A stretch of DNA of 64,000 nt from Bugula neritina (GCA_964035545.1 OZ037767.1:27606628-27670627); one strand, 5' to 3'; counted from the stretch's first letter, positions 40,601-53,957 are shown. The notes: generated by a model not told the origin, from the sequence alone. Numbers and translations: made by a program.

Positions 40601-43600
40601 AATTATTTTTAGTTTAAAATTTGTTTTACTGCTTTAGAATAACTGTTGTGATTCAATTTAGTATCTTTACATCGTTTTAAGTAGCAGTGTTTCCACTAAA
40701 TGCATAGATCTTGCATATGAAGGCTCTGCTTAAGAGGGGGCAAATCCCAAACCAATTGCTAGTTCAGTTGATTCGTTTTTATTTCCAACAAAAGCATCAC
40801 TGATCACTCAATATATAGTGTTGAGGTGTGGAGTCGAATTGATTTGGACTCCCATAAGAAGTATTAAGCATATTTATTGTTTATTTTACAACTGTATAGT
40901 TAGAGTAATGGACGACGAGACTGTGTACGTAGAGAAGTACGGACTCTCACTCCCTCTGTCTGGACTGCCATCACAAGTCTCTAATGAGACGGAAACGCAG
41001 CTCGGAATTCTCTTGTGTCAAATAATGGGACATGGGTATGCATTTTTTGTTCTTCTATAATTACCAATTTTTTTAAAATGTGGACATAACTACAGCGCTG
41101 TTGTATTAATTGTAATAGTATAAATATTAGATACATTAGAATGAGTATGACCACAAAACAATTATTTGTCATTAAAAATGTATGCTGCTCGACCATAATT
41201 ATATAGAACATTATCTTTTATGTATCAAATATTCAACAGGGGTCTTTTTTGTTATTTTTAGCGCATCATCATACATTATATTGAGGTTTATTTATAATAT
41301 ATCTCTCTCATAAATTGTTCCTGATTCTTAGACTTACAACTTATTGGACTTTAGGGGAAATAATTCCCAGTTGTTTATCCATCTGTATGCATGTATATGT
41401 ATGCGTGTATGTGTATGCGTCTATGTGTATGTGTATGTGTCTGTGTACAGTTTGTATTATACAGCATATGCTAATTGTAGGCAATTTGTAAACCTGTTAA
41501 CTATTGACTCCTCGGAGAGAGAGTTCCCTCAAGGTTGCTATAAACTGGACACTGAATCAGATGGCGACAAGTTGCTTGTGTACACAGACTTTGAAAGATA
41601 GTTAGTTTATATACACACCTTCACTATTTCTAATACTTCAATGTTAATGAGTTGGTATTCCATATGTATATTATCTAAGTGTCTTCCTATCTCACACTTA
41701 TAATATAATTATATTGATTGAGAAGATATTATAATTACATTAAATTATTTGACATAGTAGCAAAATGAAGTCAAGCCGTAGTCTTACTAAGTATGTACAT
41801 GTTATTTGTTACATCATACTAATATGCTTGTTTGTATTTATTCAATTTTTCAATTTTAGTAAAGCCTCTGTGTGCAACACCACCTTCAAGATCGTCTGTG
41901 GAAGACTCCGTAAGCAAACATAATGTTTTATTATCACATAGTTGCAGCAGAATGTCTGAAAAAACGTTAAAATACAATGTAAAGCTTATTATAATATATA
42001 TTCATACACACATTACGAACACGCACGCACCAGCTTTTAGAGTTGTTACTTTTCACTTATCATAAGAGAAAGAATAACTCTGCAATACAAGCTTTCTCAC
42101 AAGTAAATGCATGAATGTGTGACACAGGGTAATGTATGTTGAAGGTTGCGGGACAACTATGAGCGCCCAAGGTCCTGAACGGCCGGCGGGCTGGCCAGCT
42201 GACCCGTCTTCTATCCTACCAGTAGCAAACACTGTGAATAAAGACTATCCTTGGGTAGTACATGTGATGAAAGACAATGTGCCTCTGTGTAGTGCCACCA
42301 TTGTACAGCCTGATTGGGTTATAACTAGCGCCAATTGTGTTGTAGACCTTACCAGGTATGCCATTCGATCATCAATTCATAACAGCTAAGTTTTATAGTG
42401 AAACCACAGTTTTAGTCAGTTAATGCTAATATGGGTTGCAAATAAGTAAGAGTCATTATCTTGAAATAGCTCTATGCTAAAGTATAAAAATATAATCTGA
42501 AGCAGATGTTTCATATTTAGGGATAATAATTTCCTGTTGTGTATCATTTAGCGACTTGACAGTTGAATTCACAGATGTAAGTTCGGAAACAAAGATACAT
42601 AATGTCATAAGAAAAGTTGATTACTTCTCCTCGATAAATCAAGAGGAGCCAGAGAGAAACGTTTCGCTGCTTGCTGTTGATCCACCATTCGATTTCAGGT
42701 GGGTTTTATTCCTTATCAAAGCCTTAACTTCTGTGCTAGTTTGTGCAATGATTATGGATTTTTCCTCATATCATTGATACAAGCTACTATCATAAAACTA
42801 TTTTGTTGCAAAGTTTTGTAAAAGTTATGACTGTTTCTAATTCAGGGATCGTCTTGAGAATGTTCAAAACCAATCTAGTTGAAACCTTATGAAAGTGCAA
42901 TTGATCTTGTAGATATAAACTTTTAATACCGTTGTTTGATGTCTATTATGTTTTTCAATAGATCACATTAAAGTTTATGCTAATCAATTTGTACACAAAT
43001 AATAAATTTTCAAAATTTTACTCTTAGTATATCTGTTGTAGCTCCATATCTCACCCACTATGCGTGATTCCACCACTATACATACCTGAGTCATACTGCA
43101 CAATATCAGGACGTGACACGACTACAAATGAAGGTATGGTGCATTAGACTCTGACAAATGTCACAAAGTGTAAAATTATTTTGATAGGCTTTATTTAAAA
43201 CATGAGGAATACTTGACAATAATGAGAAATTGCTACAATAGCAGCTAGAGGTTTATATGCAGTGTGTGGTTGCTGATAAAGCAAAGGTGTTGGTATTATT
43301 GCAGTGGTGCATGTTAGAGTTAAACTCAGGGAACCAGATGGGTGTAAAGATGAGAGTGTAAAGCTGGAAGGCTCACAATGGGATAACCTGTGTGTGGAGG
43401 TGATTCCTACTGTGCTAAATGTGGCCGATGGTAAAACTGATATAGATGGATGCATAGTAAGTTACTAATACTCGTCCTGAGACAACCAATAATTACTACT
43501 TTTCTTAATTCACCCAATAGAAATGCTGCTCAACATATACTCTTCTTTTACAGATTACCAAAGGAAGTTCCTTGCAATGCCTTGATGGTATAAGAAATAG

Positions 43601-45378
43601 GTATAGTTTTGCAGCCGTAATCACACAAAATATAGGTAAAAACTGTAAGGATGAGACGAATAGTACGATGTTTCCAGTTGCTGCTAACATGACCTCTATG
43701 CTTGACTGGCTGATGATAGCAGTAGAAGAGTGTGAGTCATTCAGATATGCTGCATAATGTGCTAATAGTTGAGACGTCTTTGATATTACAGTGATCTACT
43801 CAAATATTTGATGTTTGCAGTAACCTGTCATCACTTTATGTATGGATGACTGTTTCCATGGTGATATGTATACTGGCACATTTTTGTCTTTTAAACTCCA
43901 CTGCAACATTTATTTGTGAAATTATACTGTACCAGAATTACTTCTATTTCTAAAGAATTATCAGGTGAAATAACACTACACTTCAAAAACACATCATAAG
44001 TAAATACACACACATGACATATACACACAATAGCTTGAACACAACCACAATAACTTCAACATTCAAATAATTGTAAATGACTAGTTAGCCATATTAAATT
44101 TGGGTTCAAGCGTGGTGGCATCAATAGCCTGTAGTGAAAAATTACCTGAAGAGAAGCTTTACACTGACAGGTTTTAGTTTGGAAAACAATAAATGGTGTG
44201 CGCACGCATGGGTTACTTGAAATTACGGAGTGGTTGAATTTCACATTTAGAAATAATGTACCTTTTTATCCGTCTTTGCCTGTTGAAACAAATTACAATA
44301 TTAAACATTCAATTTAGCAGGTTCCGTAGTTGCTTATGCTATAGCAACACATTTTCTCAATTATTCAAATTGTAATTTTATACTTTTTAGCTAAAAATTC
44401 ATCTTTACAAAAATTATTATTGTGATAATTTATATTTGATTGAATTTTAGTGAAAGGACTGGAAAAAATCACATGCAGTGATGAAGGTGAAGAAGCAGGC
44501 TCTGAACATTTGCTGACATTTAGGTCTGCCCACTATCTCGATGAGTGGTATATAACCACGGACAAAGGGGTTGGCGTCAAGTGGGACAACACAGACACGC
44601 TGGAGGAGATAACTGCTAAGCTCATTGAGTGAGTGGCCATAATAATATTCACTCACAGCATAAAGTGTTGACTTTCTCACAGTTGGCAGATATATTCATT
44701 TCCGATAAATGCATGCTATTGAAATATATAGAATAAAATCCAGAAATAGAATTTTATTTTATGCACTTGGTGCTATTCACATTTACGAAAGAGTCCTCTG
44801 ATCTCATGTTGAGAAACCGCAAACCATACAGTCCTGTAAAAAGGATGTATCTGTTAATCAAGAACTCGCATATTACAGGTTTTTCGGCTCAGGAAAAGTG
44901 ACTTCCACTGAAGGCAGTATAGGAAACACAGTACTGAGTGATACTATTACTACAACTGGCACACTCACTCTGAGTAGTTGCAATGCTGGAACTTGTAACT
45001 GTGCATTTGCTTCAACACCCGAAGGCGTCATGAAATTCTACACAGCTGGAGCAGGTAATCGTTCAGCCACTGGTTTACATGTACTTGTGTGATTGCTGAG
45101 AACCCTTTGAATATTAGGAATGGGAGTATTGGTTTATAAGGAATTGCAATTATATACGCCCATGAAAGCACATGGAGACACATTATTGTCATATCTTCAC
45201 TGATGCAAACAGCACCCAAAAAGCTGGAGAAATTTATATTTGAGGTTAAACAGGTTGAATCATAATATTCACAGTGTTGAAATGTTGATGTTCAAACAAG
45301 GTGTTAACATTTGTAGGGAATATTCCAGAAGAAGAATACCAAGATACTGATGGTATAATATCTGGACCCACTGATTAG
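28686..45378 (+). CDS. Type II membrane mosaic serine-protease homologue: TM plus two copies of [LDLa-LDLa-SRCR-like-inactive trypsin domain-unknown domain]
   Basis: ATG exon 28686-28703; TM exon 29004-29196 (KKKKILVIGGAIFVVLLLLIIIIAA). LDLa exons at 31927, 32391, 39912 and 40378 (CDGFKDCEDGEDE, CDGKLDC..SDE, CDSFSDCKDNSDE, CDGNQDCLDGSDE). Trypsin-like blocks at 34371-36727 and about 42145-43731 (FPWVVSI/YPWVVHV, WVITSLNC/WVITSANC). Last exons 44451-44628, 44879-45054 and 45317-45378 join in phase. The SRCR-like call is tentative. Confidence 0.8.
29837..29853 (+). repeat. Poly-C run
   Basis: About 17 consecutive C in an intron. Confidence 0.9.
34477..34730 (+). repeat. 32-bp tandem repeat x8 made of 20 nt exon end plus 12 nt donor-side intron
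   Basis: Unit TGTGTCTATTCACCAGAAAG|GTATGATATCGG; GT donors at 34497, 34529, 34561, 34593, 34625, 34659, 34691, 34723. Confidence 0.95.
36950..37222. repeat. About 38-bp AT-rich intronic minisatellite (about 7 units)
   Basis: Unit ACACTATATATAAGACACTATATTATATGCTATATTGT; copies at 36987, 37025 and onward. Confidence 0.85.
37286..37634 (+). mobile_element. About 350-bp insertion with short terminal inverted repeats (solo-LTR-like or MITE-like)
   Basis: GGGTCGACT (37292-37300) and AGTCGACCC (37621-37629); the element ends in CA. It is GC-richer than its flanks and contains CCAAT, an 11-bp-stem hairpin GCTAGCTACTC...GAGTAGCTAGC, and AATAAA about 55 nt from the 3' end. Flanks are TTATA/TAATA. Confidence 0.5.
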
Positions 45379-46098
45379 CTGACAAATGTGAAGATAATGA
45401 AGTTTGAACACATTTAAAACAATAATATAACTTTACATGTACATTATTATAGAACACAATGTATAAATATAAATATATAATCATAAACGCAGATGTCATC
45501 TTTGCAGTGTGTTTTAGTTGCTAAACCCTCAATTTAAATGGTAAGCTACAGTATCTTAGGCTGAAAGGGTGAGCAGTTTTGCGACATACTTTAACCCTGC
45601 AAAGAGTCATGTGCACTACAATAACAAAAACTGCTGATAAATTTTTCTCTCTAATTTTAATAATGCTAGTTTTACAGGCTTTACATATTTATATTATAAA
45701 TCCTATGTATTGTAACGCACATAATTCTTGCCATTGTAGATTTTCCAATGATGTATCGCGCTAGGTTTAATCAGTGCTTTACAACTGTAATAAAAATGTC
45801 GCACATAAACTTTGTTAGGTAGTTAAACAGGTGTCACTGGAAATTTAATCTTTCTAACTTCACACTAATGCCGATAACAAATAGAATAGAAATTGAATAG
45901 TAAAATATATTTTTTTATAAAATACTACATCACAATGTGATGTAATGTTATGTTAATTCCTGTCCTATTTTCACATCAGCCCTTTAAAAGTTTAATCCAG
46001 TGCTTAGAAGCCAATCATACAACAAACAATAGCACTCCATTTACTAAATTAATAAACCCAGTTGAATATTAGACATGTCTGACTGAAAGATTCACCAT

Positions 46099-48786
46099 TC
46101 ATGTAGTTTGAGAGTTATAAGAAGCAAATCTATCATGTAACCTGCGTATCTCATGCTTGAGATTGTCTATATTCCAATGCTCTTTACCTGACACCTCTAT
46201 CACAGGTAACTTGACGCTGTTTCTCAACAATTCTACATTAGACCGAGATTCAGGCAAGTCTATTTTGTTGGCGACGATGGCGTGTGGCCTATAAAACAAA
46301 AAAATAATTTATCTTTAATTCAACAAAAACATCAAACTCACAGAAAAACATATACGGTTAATAGTAAAAACATAATGCTGATATAAAAGTTAGCATTTTG
46401 ATTCCATCGTAAGCAAAAGCATTTTCGATTTTTTTAAAAATTTAACTGAGTTGAATTCTAAAAACAAAGAGAAGATAACTACACAGACTACATGCAGATA
46501 GCAGACTACCTCTTAGAGAGATGCTGCATGTATTGCTCAAGCTCATACTGTAGTTGCTCCAAGTGCCGTAGCGGATCTTTAGCTGACATATCCAACACAT
46601 ATAAGAGACAGAGGCATTTTTCTATGTGACGTAGAAATGAAATTCCTAGACCTCTGTTCATATGCGACCCCTCAATGAGTCCCGGGATATCGGCCACAGC
46701 CACTTGTACGCCATCACTGTACTCAACCATACCTATGTGTGGGTTCAGAGTGGTGAACGGATAGTCCGCCACTTTCGGTTTGGCTCTAGATAGTGTAGTT
46801 AGTAGCGTGGATTTCCCAGCATTGGGAAATCCCACAAGACCTAAATATAACAAGAATTATAGTTAATATTTTCACTAGTGTAGTTAGTAGCGTGGATTTC
46901 CCAGCATTGGGAAATCCCACAAGACCTGAATATAACATGAATTATAGTTAATATTTTCACTAGCAGAAATTAATTCGTACGTATAGATTTATTAGCATAT
47001 AATTACTTGTATCGCTAGTGAAGCTACACTGTGCAGATCTCTATCAAATAATTGTCCCATAACATGGAACATGTACATAAAAACGAGATTAAAATTTTAA
47101 AAAAGTTAAGCTGTCTTTTTATAACAGCTTCATCGTACAAAATTTTCACCCATTAAGTGCTATAAAGTATTACTGCACGCAATATCTGAAACCCTACTTA
47201 TCTTATGTGGAGCGGTTTACATACACATGCCATACTTCTATATATGCATGTAGCAAAGTCACCATAGCAACATACCAACATGGGCTGAAACACGCATTTC
47301 CAAAATCAACTCCCTCTCCTCCCCCTTTCCACCTTCTTCTGCTATGGTTGGTGCTCGAAGCTCATTGGATAAGTAATAATGGTTACCATGACCACCAGCA
47401 CCTCCTCTGCCCAAAATATATGATTGGTTCTCTTTCTTGAGATCTGCTAACACAGTTCGAGTAGTCTTGTCTTTCACCATTGTACCAATAGGAACCTGCA
47501 TTATACATATACATTGTACCAATAGGAACCTGCATTATACGTATACATTGTACCAATAGGAACCTGCATTATACATATACATTGTACCAATAGGAACCTG
47601 CATTATACGTATACATTGTACCAATAGGAACCTGCATTATACGTATACATTGTACCAATAGGAACCTGCATTATACATATACATTGTACCAATAGGAACC
47701 TGCATTATACGTATACATTGTACCAATAGGAACCTGCATATCAACGAGCATGTCTGTAGAATATCTAGACACAGTGCATATAGTTTATCACTTAGAGAAT
47801 ACATGCCAGCGCATTGCATGGTTTTACTTTTAACATGTATAAACAGATATATGCAGTTCTTCTCTTGTTAGAAGACAAACGATATACTATTATAAATTAC
47901 AATATTATATTAAATTGTAACCTTTTTCAGTTTGATCTAAAAATATCATGAGTGAAAAATTATAGCAGAGGAAACAATAACATTGAATCACGTACTCACA
48001 CTGACATACAAATGATCAGCATTTTTCCCATGCTGACACCGTGTTCTACCGGGAACTCCATTGCTTCCTTTCAAGTCTCTTTTAATGCCAGCCAATGAGC
48101 TGACATTATGACTAGATACAGCTATTACATGACCACCATTGCCGCCATTGCCCCCGTCTGGGCCTGCAACAAAGGCTTATTGCAACAAAATCTACTTACT
48201 TTATGCATAAATGTTTTTCATATAAGTTCAAAGCGAATAAATTCATGTCATTATCATTTGACAGATCCAAGTTCTATAATTCAGCTTATGTTAAACACCA
48301 CATATACACCCGGTCACACTGCTATATAATAACATACAGTTAGCAGTTTATTTACCTGCCCACTCTTTGCATGGTAAAGAAGAGAAAGCAACTAGCCCAT
48401 TTCCTCCATCTCCACCTTTCACCCTCACTGGCAAATAGTCAACAAACCTCTTATATAGCTTCTTTTCGGAACTATAACAGAGCCGTGGCACAGTTTCATA
48501 AACTTAAATAGCAGCACAATGAATTGTAATTCAGCTAACAAATCTTACTAGACTGGTGGACATAAAATTTCAATTTCAGTATAAAATCTTATGTATTTAC
48601 ATTAAAGTAAGAAAGTACTTGCATCTGAGGCCTTGGCAAAACAACTTTTGGAAGTTTTCGCTTTCGGTGAGTTGACATGGAATGATTCAGCATAATGTTG
48701 TTGCATATCTGAAGCAATGGCTGAAGGTGCTCGATGCGCAATGGCTGGTGATACAGTGAATGGACACTCTGTTTATATAATGCCAT
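46099..48786 (-). CDS. MTG2: Mitochondrial ribosome-associated Obg-family GTPase 2
   Basis: Obg fold [40 protein letters not shown]; G1 [15 protein letters not shown]2 YPFTTLNP, G3 DIPGLIEG, G4 ANKID. N-terminal presequence-like leader; 6 exons. Confidence 0.9.
46791..46963 (-). repeat. 85-bp tandem duplication spanning an MTG2 acceptor (35 nt intron plus 50 nt exon encoding the P-loop)
   Basis: Copies 46791-46875 and 46876-46960 differ at 2 positions; acceptors are TAG (46843-46841) and CAG (46928-46926). Confidence 0.95.
47478..47739 (-). repeat. 34-bp tandem repeat x8 spanning an MTG2 acceptor (16 nt intron plus 18 nt exon)
   Basis: Minus-strand unit TATA[T/C]GTATAATGCAG|GTTCCTATTGGTACAATG; acceptors every 34 nt from 47496 to 47734. 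Confidence 0.95.
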
Positions 48787-49109
48787 ATTCTAAAATATGC
48801 CACATGCCCCCATACAATATAACATACGCTGTGCTAGTTGGCTCTAGGCAAACAGAAGTAAAAAGTTGAATGTAAGTTTTTGTCAATTTAAAACTTATGA
48901 ATTCACACTTAAAAACAATCACAGCCAGCAGTCACTGCAAGTGAGCAACCAGGAAAATGTTGAAACACTAACGTAGACAAATATGGACCATACAAATACT
49001 TGCTACACAAACTTCAACTCGCTGTCAACTTAAGTTTATTTTTCATATTTAATTTTATCAACACCAACTTGAACAGAATTCAAGTTGAAATTTGGTTGAT
49101 ATTTGTAGT

Positions 49110-50230
49110 TATACTAATATTAATTAGTTGCATCAATACTCCTACTAATACTAATAAATAATAATCATAGTGATAATAATACTAATACTAATAGTGTTAC
49201 TAACACTAACTCTAAGAGTAAGTAATTCTAAGAGTAAGTCCAATACTGAATAGTGAACAGTATTACTTATACTATTACTAATACTAATTGTAGCGGCCAT
49301 TTGTATATTTTGGTGTCGATGGTACTTTATTGGAGCCGTAAGTCTCAACTGATGCCATAAATGGCAATGTGAAAACTATAATAGTAATGTATAAAACAAC
49401 ATGTTAGTAAAAAATATGCAAAATGTATAATAAGTTATCAAGTTATTGTCAAACAATTAAGATTTCATATTCTATTAAAATGCAAAGATATTAGTAATTA
49501 TTAAGAATAACTGTATTACCTGATTAGCTCTACTAGTTCTATAAAACAGCTGCACTGGTCATGGCTCTAGCACTTGACCTACAATGGCTAGGCCAAGTCT
49601 AGAATAAGCACATGTGCAGCCTACAAAGCCTTATATAGCTAGCTAGTTTACAAGATGTGTTGGCCCTAGCACTTGACCTACCAGGGCTAGGCTAAGTCTA
49701 GAACAAGCACATGTGCAGCCTACAAAGCTAGTTTACAGCTAGTTTACAATATGTGTTGGCTAACATAACAGCTCACAACAGGTGCCAATTCTATGGAAAA
49801 CAAATATAGCTTGAAGTTAATGACCATAGGGTTGACAAGTCAAGTATAAGTATAACTAGTTTATAAATGCATTTTCAATACTTGGGTTTCTATTTATTAG
49901 TACTAGCAGGATGAGTTCCAAAAAAGCCATAAATTTTAAATATTCATCACTTAAAGTTAAAATTAATGTGATGCCTAATGCTAATACTAATATTAATATT
50001 ACTAACTTCAAGTAATAACAAATAAGTCATTAATAGCTAATAGTAATGAGCTATGACCTGTATAACAGTATAACTGTAGAAGTATTTACTAAATTTAATA
50101 TATAATAAATGTAGTAATACCAATAATAATAGTAATACACATAAAATAATTATAAAACAAAATATAAGAAAAGGAAGTAAAACTAAAACTGGAACTACTA
50201 ATACTACTATTACTATTTAGTATTAGTTTA
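49110..50230. repeat. Hexamer-periodic tracts upstream of MTG2 (about 49110-49290 and 49970-50230)
   Basis: actaatactaatagtgttactaacactaactctaagagtaag...; the tract produces spurious ORF 49151-49348. Confidence 0.65.
49563..49760. repeat. About 99-bp tandem duplication (2 copies)
   Basis: GGC[T/C]CTAGCACTTGACCTAC...GCACATGTGCAGCCTACAAAGC...GCTAGTTTACAA..TGTGTT at 49563 and 49662. Confidence 0.85.
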
Positions 50231-50921
50231 GGTATAATTATAAAATTAAATCATGAATACAGAACATCAACATGATTATCAATTTTAAAATCGATGCATC
50301 ATGCAATGTAAAAAAAATTAACTTCCGTCAATTTACTTACAAGTGTTAAATTGACGCTAAATAAAATTTAAATGAACAAAACTCATGATTTAAACGTTGA
50401 ACGCTAGGCATAATTCATAGTCATAAACTAGACTATCTTTATTATAATTAATTCATTATAATTTTTACTGAGCCAGTCGGGAGCATATTAGCGGAACTAG
50501 AATTTTAAGTTTATTAGTCAGCATTGTATAATGGCAAACATATTATGATAACAATATTTTTATTTTGTCATGCATTTCAATGTTAGAATGCAAAAATTTA
50601 TATTTCAAGTTATAAAAAACAATATTTCTGAAATTAAAGAATATTCGTTTGTTTCGCATCTTCTGCTGTGTAGAAGGCAACTCCATAAAGTTAATATAAT
50701 TATGGATGTTATATTGTGCTCATGCGATTTGATACAGGTGCAGCTCCTGTGTTCATGAAGTATGACAATTGTAAACACTATTTGTATTGTATAGAAACTA
50801 GAAATGATGTCAACTTGTTCTAGTAAAAAGTAAATTATATTTTATTGAAAATTTAGCCAAACAATTTTACAAAGATCTGCAGTAAGAAATCATGCATATC
50901 TATATTATTGAAACCATATAA

Positions 50922-53409
50922 TCATGAGTCCTTAAAGCAAGTCTGAATATGAGTTTTTAGAGTGGGCATGTTTTTGATAGTAGTCTTGCATACATGACAC
51001 CTTAGATCTTCAGATAGCAGCTTACTATGGTGAGACATGTCATTTACTTTACCTGCAACAGAAAATATTATGAAAGCACAATTCCGTAAACTCGAGTATC
51101 TCCATTTCAAGACTTGCAGGTTAATGGGCACAACATACAACAAGAAAAGTAGAAAACTTAGAATGCATTGAGAAGATATATATCTGGATGTAAATGATGT
51201 GTAAAATGACTGCTTATTTTAGAATCATAAGCTGTCAGCTGCTATGAACACAAAAACATTGTATGCTTATCACTTTAATATGAAGATTATGAGTGAGACC
51301 ATGTGATTTTCACACGGAAAACTCTAATATATTTGAAATTTCAAATTAGTAGGGCTAACAAAATGCCAAGAGAGTTTGATAAAAATCTCGTTCAACTTTA
51401 TATAATATAAGATATGATATGCCTACAAAATCTTTTCATGTTCAATTACGAGAAAACAACTCCTAAGAATATTCAACATCTGGCCTTATTTCGATGCAAT
51501 TAATTCAACACAAGTGATAATAGTGTGAGGAGTACCTTCTATCACTTATCAAATATGACCACTTGACAGAAACTGACTGGACTTGACAAAAAGCACATAA
51601 GTACAGGTTTAGCATAGCAGAAGTGAAGGTTCTCTGGTAGGACTTTTAAATCAATTAAAAAGGATTTACTTTAAAGGTTCAATTGATAATATTATAAGGA
51701 CAAAATAATACCATGGCTCTTGAGCATCTCTATGAGTTTGTGAGAGTCGACAAAGTAGTCCGTTGTAAAGGAGTTCCAATGTTTCTTAGTTTTAAGGCTA
51801 GGAGAATTGAAGTCTTGACTGATAGCATGCAGATGAAGCAGACCCATGCTCGGTATAGCGTGGTAGCCATATCTGAACTTCTTTACCGAACAATCTATAA
51901 ATTACCAAACAAGTTCTGAAATATGGCTGTCTTTCATAGAACTCTCAACTCGTACTGCAATTCTAGGAATACATTACTTTACGAATCTGAGCCATGCTGA
52001 TTGAACAGTACAAATAAAACAATAATTCACTAGTATTTTAATTGATGTTTTAAAGATGAGTATTTTAAAATAAACTAGACTGCTCCAAGTCATGAGGAAG
52101 ACATATTGAAGAACAAATTGAAGTCATTTTCAACTGAGTTTAGCAGAAAAATCCACTTAACCTTATACTGATATACCGCCCCTCGTTTCTAGAAAACATC
52201 ATCTGAATGAAGCATTTTGAGGTATGCGGCTGTTAAAATATTATATGTAAAACAATTTCACACGGTCATGTTAAAAGTAAAAAATAACTTTCATATCAAT
52301 TTAACACTACATACTCATTTCACAGTGTGCATTTTAAATGTAGAGGAATATAAATGATGGGAACTGACTATAGATTTAGTTACTTGACGTATGTTTTCTA
52401 TTAGGGACTACTACAAATAATAGGTATGTTGGCGGCCAAAGGCTAATTTATTTCTGGGCAATGACTAACTGTTTATAGCCATGTTTGTGACCTGTAAAGA
52501 AAATTTTGGTGACCTTCACCTTTAGTCAGATCTGCTGCTCTGTCATACATCTTGGTCAGCAAAGGAATGTGTGACTTGTCCAGTGCCTTCAAGTTGGCAA
52601 TCTTTATTTTGGGTAAAACCTTTACATGTAAAAGGCAACAACCTTTGTTAGCAAATGATACTACGAATACAGGAAAACAAAACTTGTATAGACATACATG
52701 CAGCATATTATAACCTTTCTTCATTTATTGCAGTATGTGAAAAGTTTATTCAGCTAATAGCTTCCACTTCCGCCACTAAAAATATGAGAAAGTCGAATAA
52801 AAATGTCTCAATTTGAACATCAGTAGATTCATCACTGTCAAGCTCTGAATTTTACATCACAAATACTTTAAGCAAGTTTGCTATCAGAGATGTGCTATCA
52901 ACAATACACTAGCGATGCTACATCAACTGAGCATAACTGGAACAGAATCTCCAAAGATACAGAAATACTTACTAGATAGTGGTATTTAGCTTTGGGATAT
53001 TTATCCTTGATTATAACTAAGTCATCATCAGAATATACATGCAGAGATTCATCAGATACTGCAGCATATAGGCCTTGACTCCAATGCCCAGCAGTCTCTG
53101 TTCACCAACACAGAAAATAATTAGAATATTACACTATTTACTTGTACAGTACGTAATAACTTAATCAAGAAAATACCAAAATAAAAGAATGGATTTAAAT
53201 TATTAGTGCTTACATTCAGATATTTGCTTAGTTGACTGAGCTTTGCAATATTTTTAATTACATTCTTTCAGCGTCATGCTCAAATCGACACATTTAGATT
53301 ACAGCAGCTATTTCTGAAATATTTTACAAGAATGAATACAACACTTAGCCTGTGTACTTTTAGACTGTGGCTCTCCCTTTCCTGAGTCAACAATTTTATG
53401 TTTGGGCAT
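50922..53409 (-). CDS. APTX: Aprataxin (HIT plus zinc finger; no FHA domain seen; N-terminus uncertain)
   Basis: [83 protein letters not shown]. Exons approximately 53409-53358, 53097-52973, 52619-52519, 51890-51712, 51053-50922. Confidence 0.93.
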
Positions 53410-53957
53410 TAGAAAACTCTTTCTGCTGTTAGTGGAGATAGCACCAAGTAAATGTATTCTTGAAATTGCTGCCGTTCCAGCTGTTATCTGCAGAAACAGA
53501 GCAAGCGCATGGGTAATTGATATGAAGTAAATTTAACCAATGAATACTGTTTCAGAGGTTGAATGACTAACACTCATCATATTCATAGTCACAAAGGCTA
53601 AGTCATCGGGTGAACAGAATGAAACTGCAAAAGTTCTGATTTGCAACAACTTTATTTTCAATTTATAAAAATATAAAAAAATAAAATGTTTTAAAAAAAA
53701 TTGTAAATTTTGGCAACATAAAAATTGTTATGTGCATAAAGCATATATAGGAAATTGCCATAAAAGAACCAACTTTAATTTGTACTTGAAACACTCGTAG
53801 ATTTGGAAAAAGTTTTTCTTAGGACTACCACTTAAGACAATGAACACGTATTGTACAATAAATCTGCATGAATAAATCTGGCTTCTACAAGGTGACTCTA
53901 TCCATTTATTGATATTCTGTAGCCTGCATTTCCTTACTCTTTATGCAGCATTTAAAT

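Noticed and set aside
44450-45378. Separate small gene between the protease gene and MTG2
   Set aside because: The donor at 43732 joins 44451 in phase and the peptide resembles the post-protease region of module 1, so these are terminal exons of the same gene.
34477-47739. 32-34-bp repeats as a CRISPR array
   Set aside because: The units are head-to-tail without unique spacers, the context is eukaryotic introns, and there are no cas genes.
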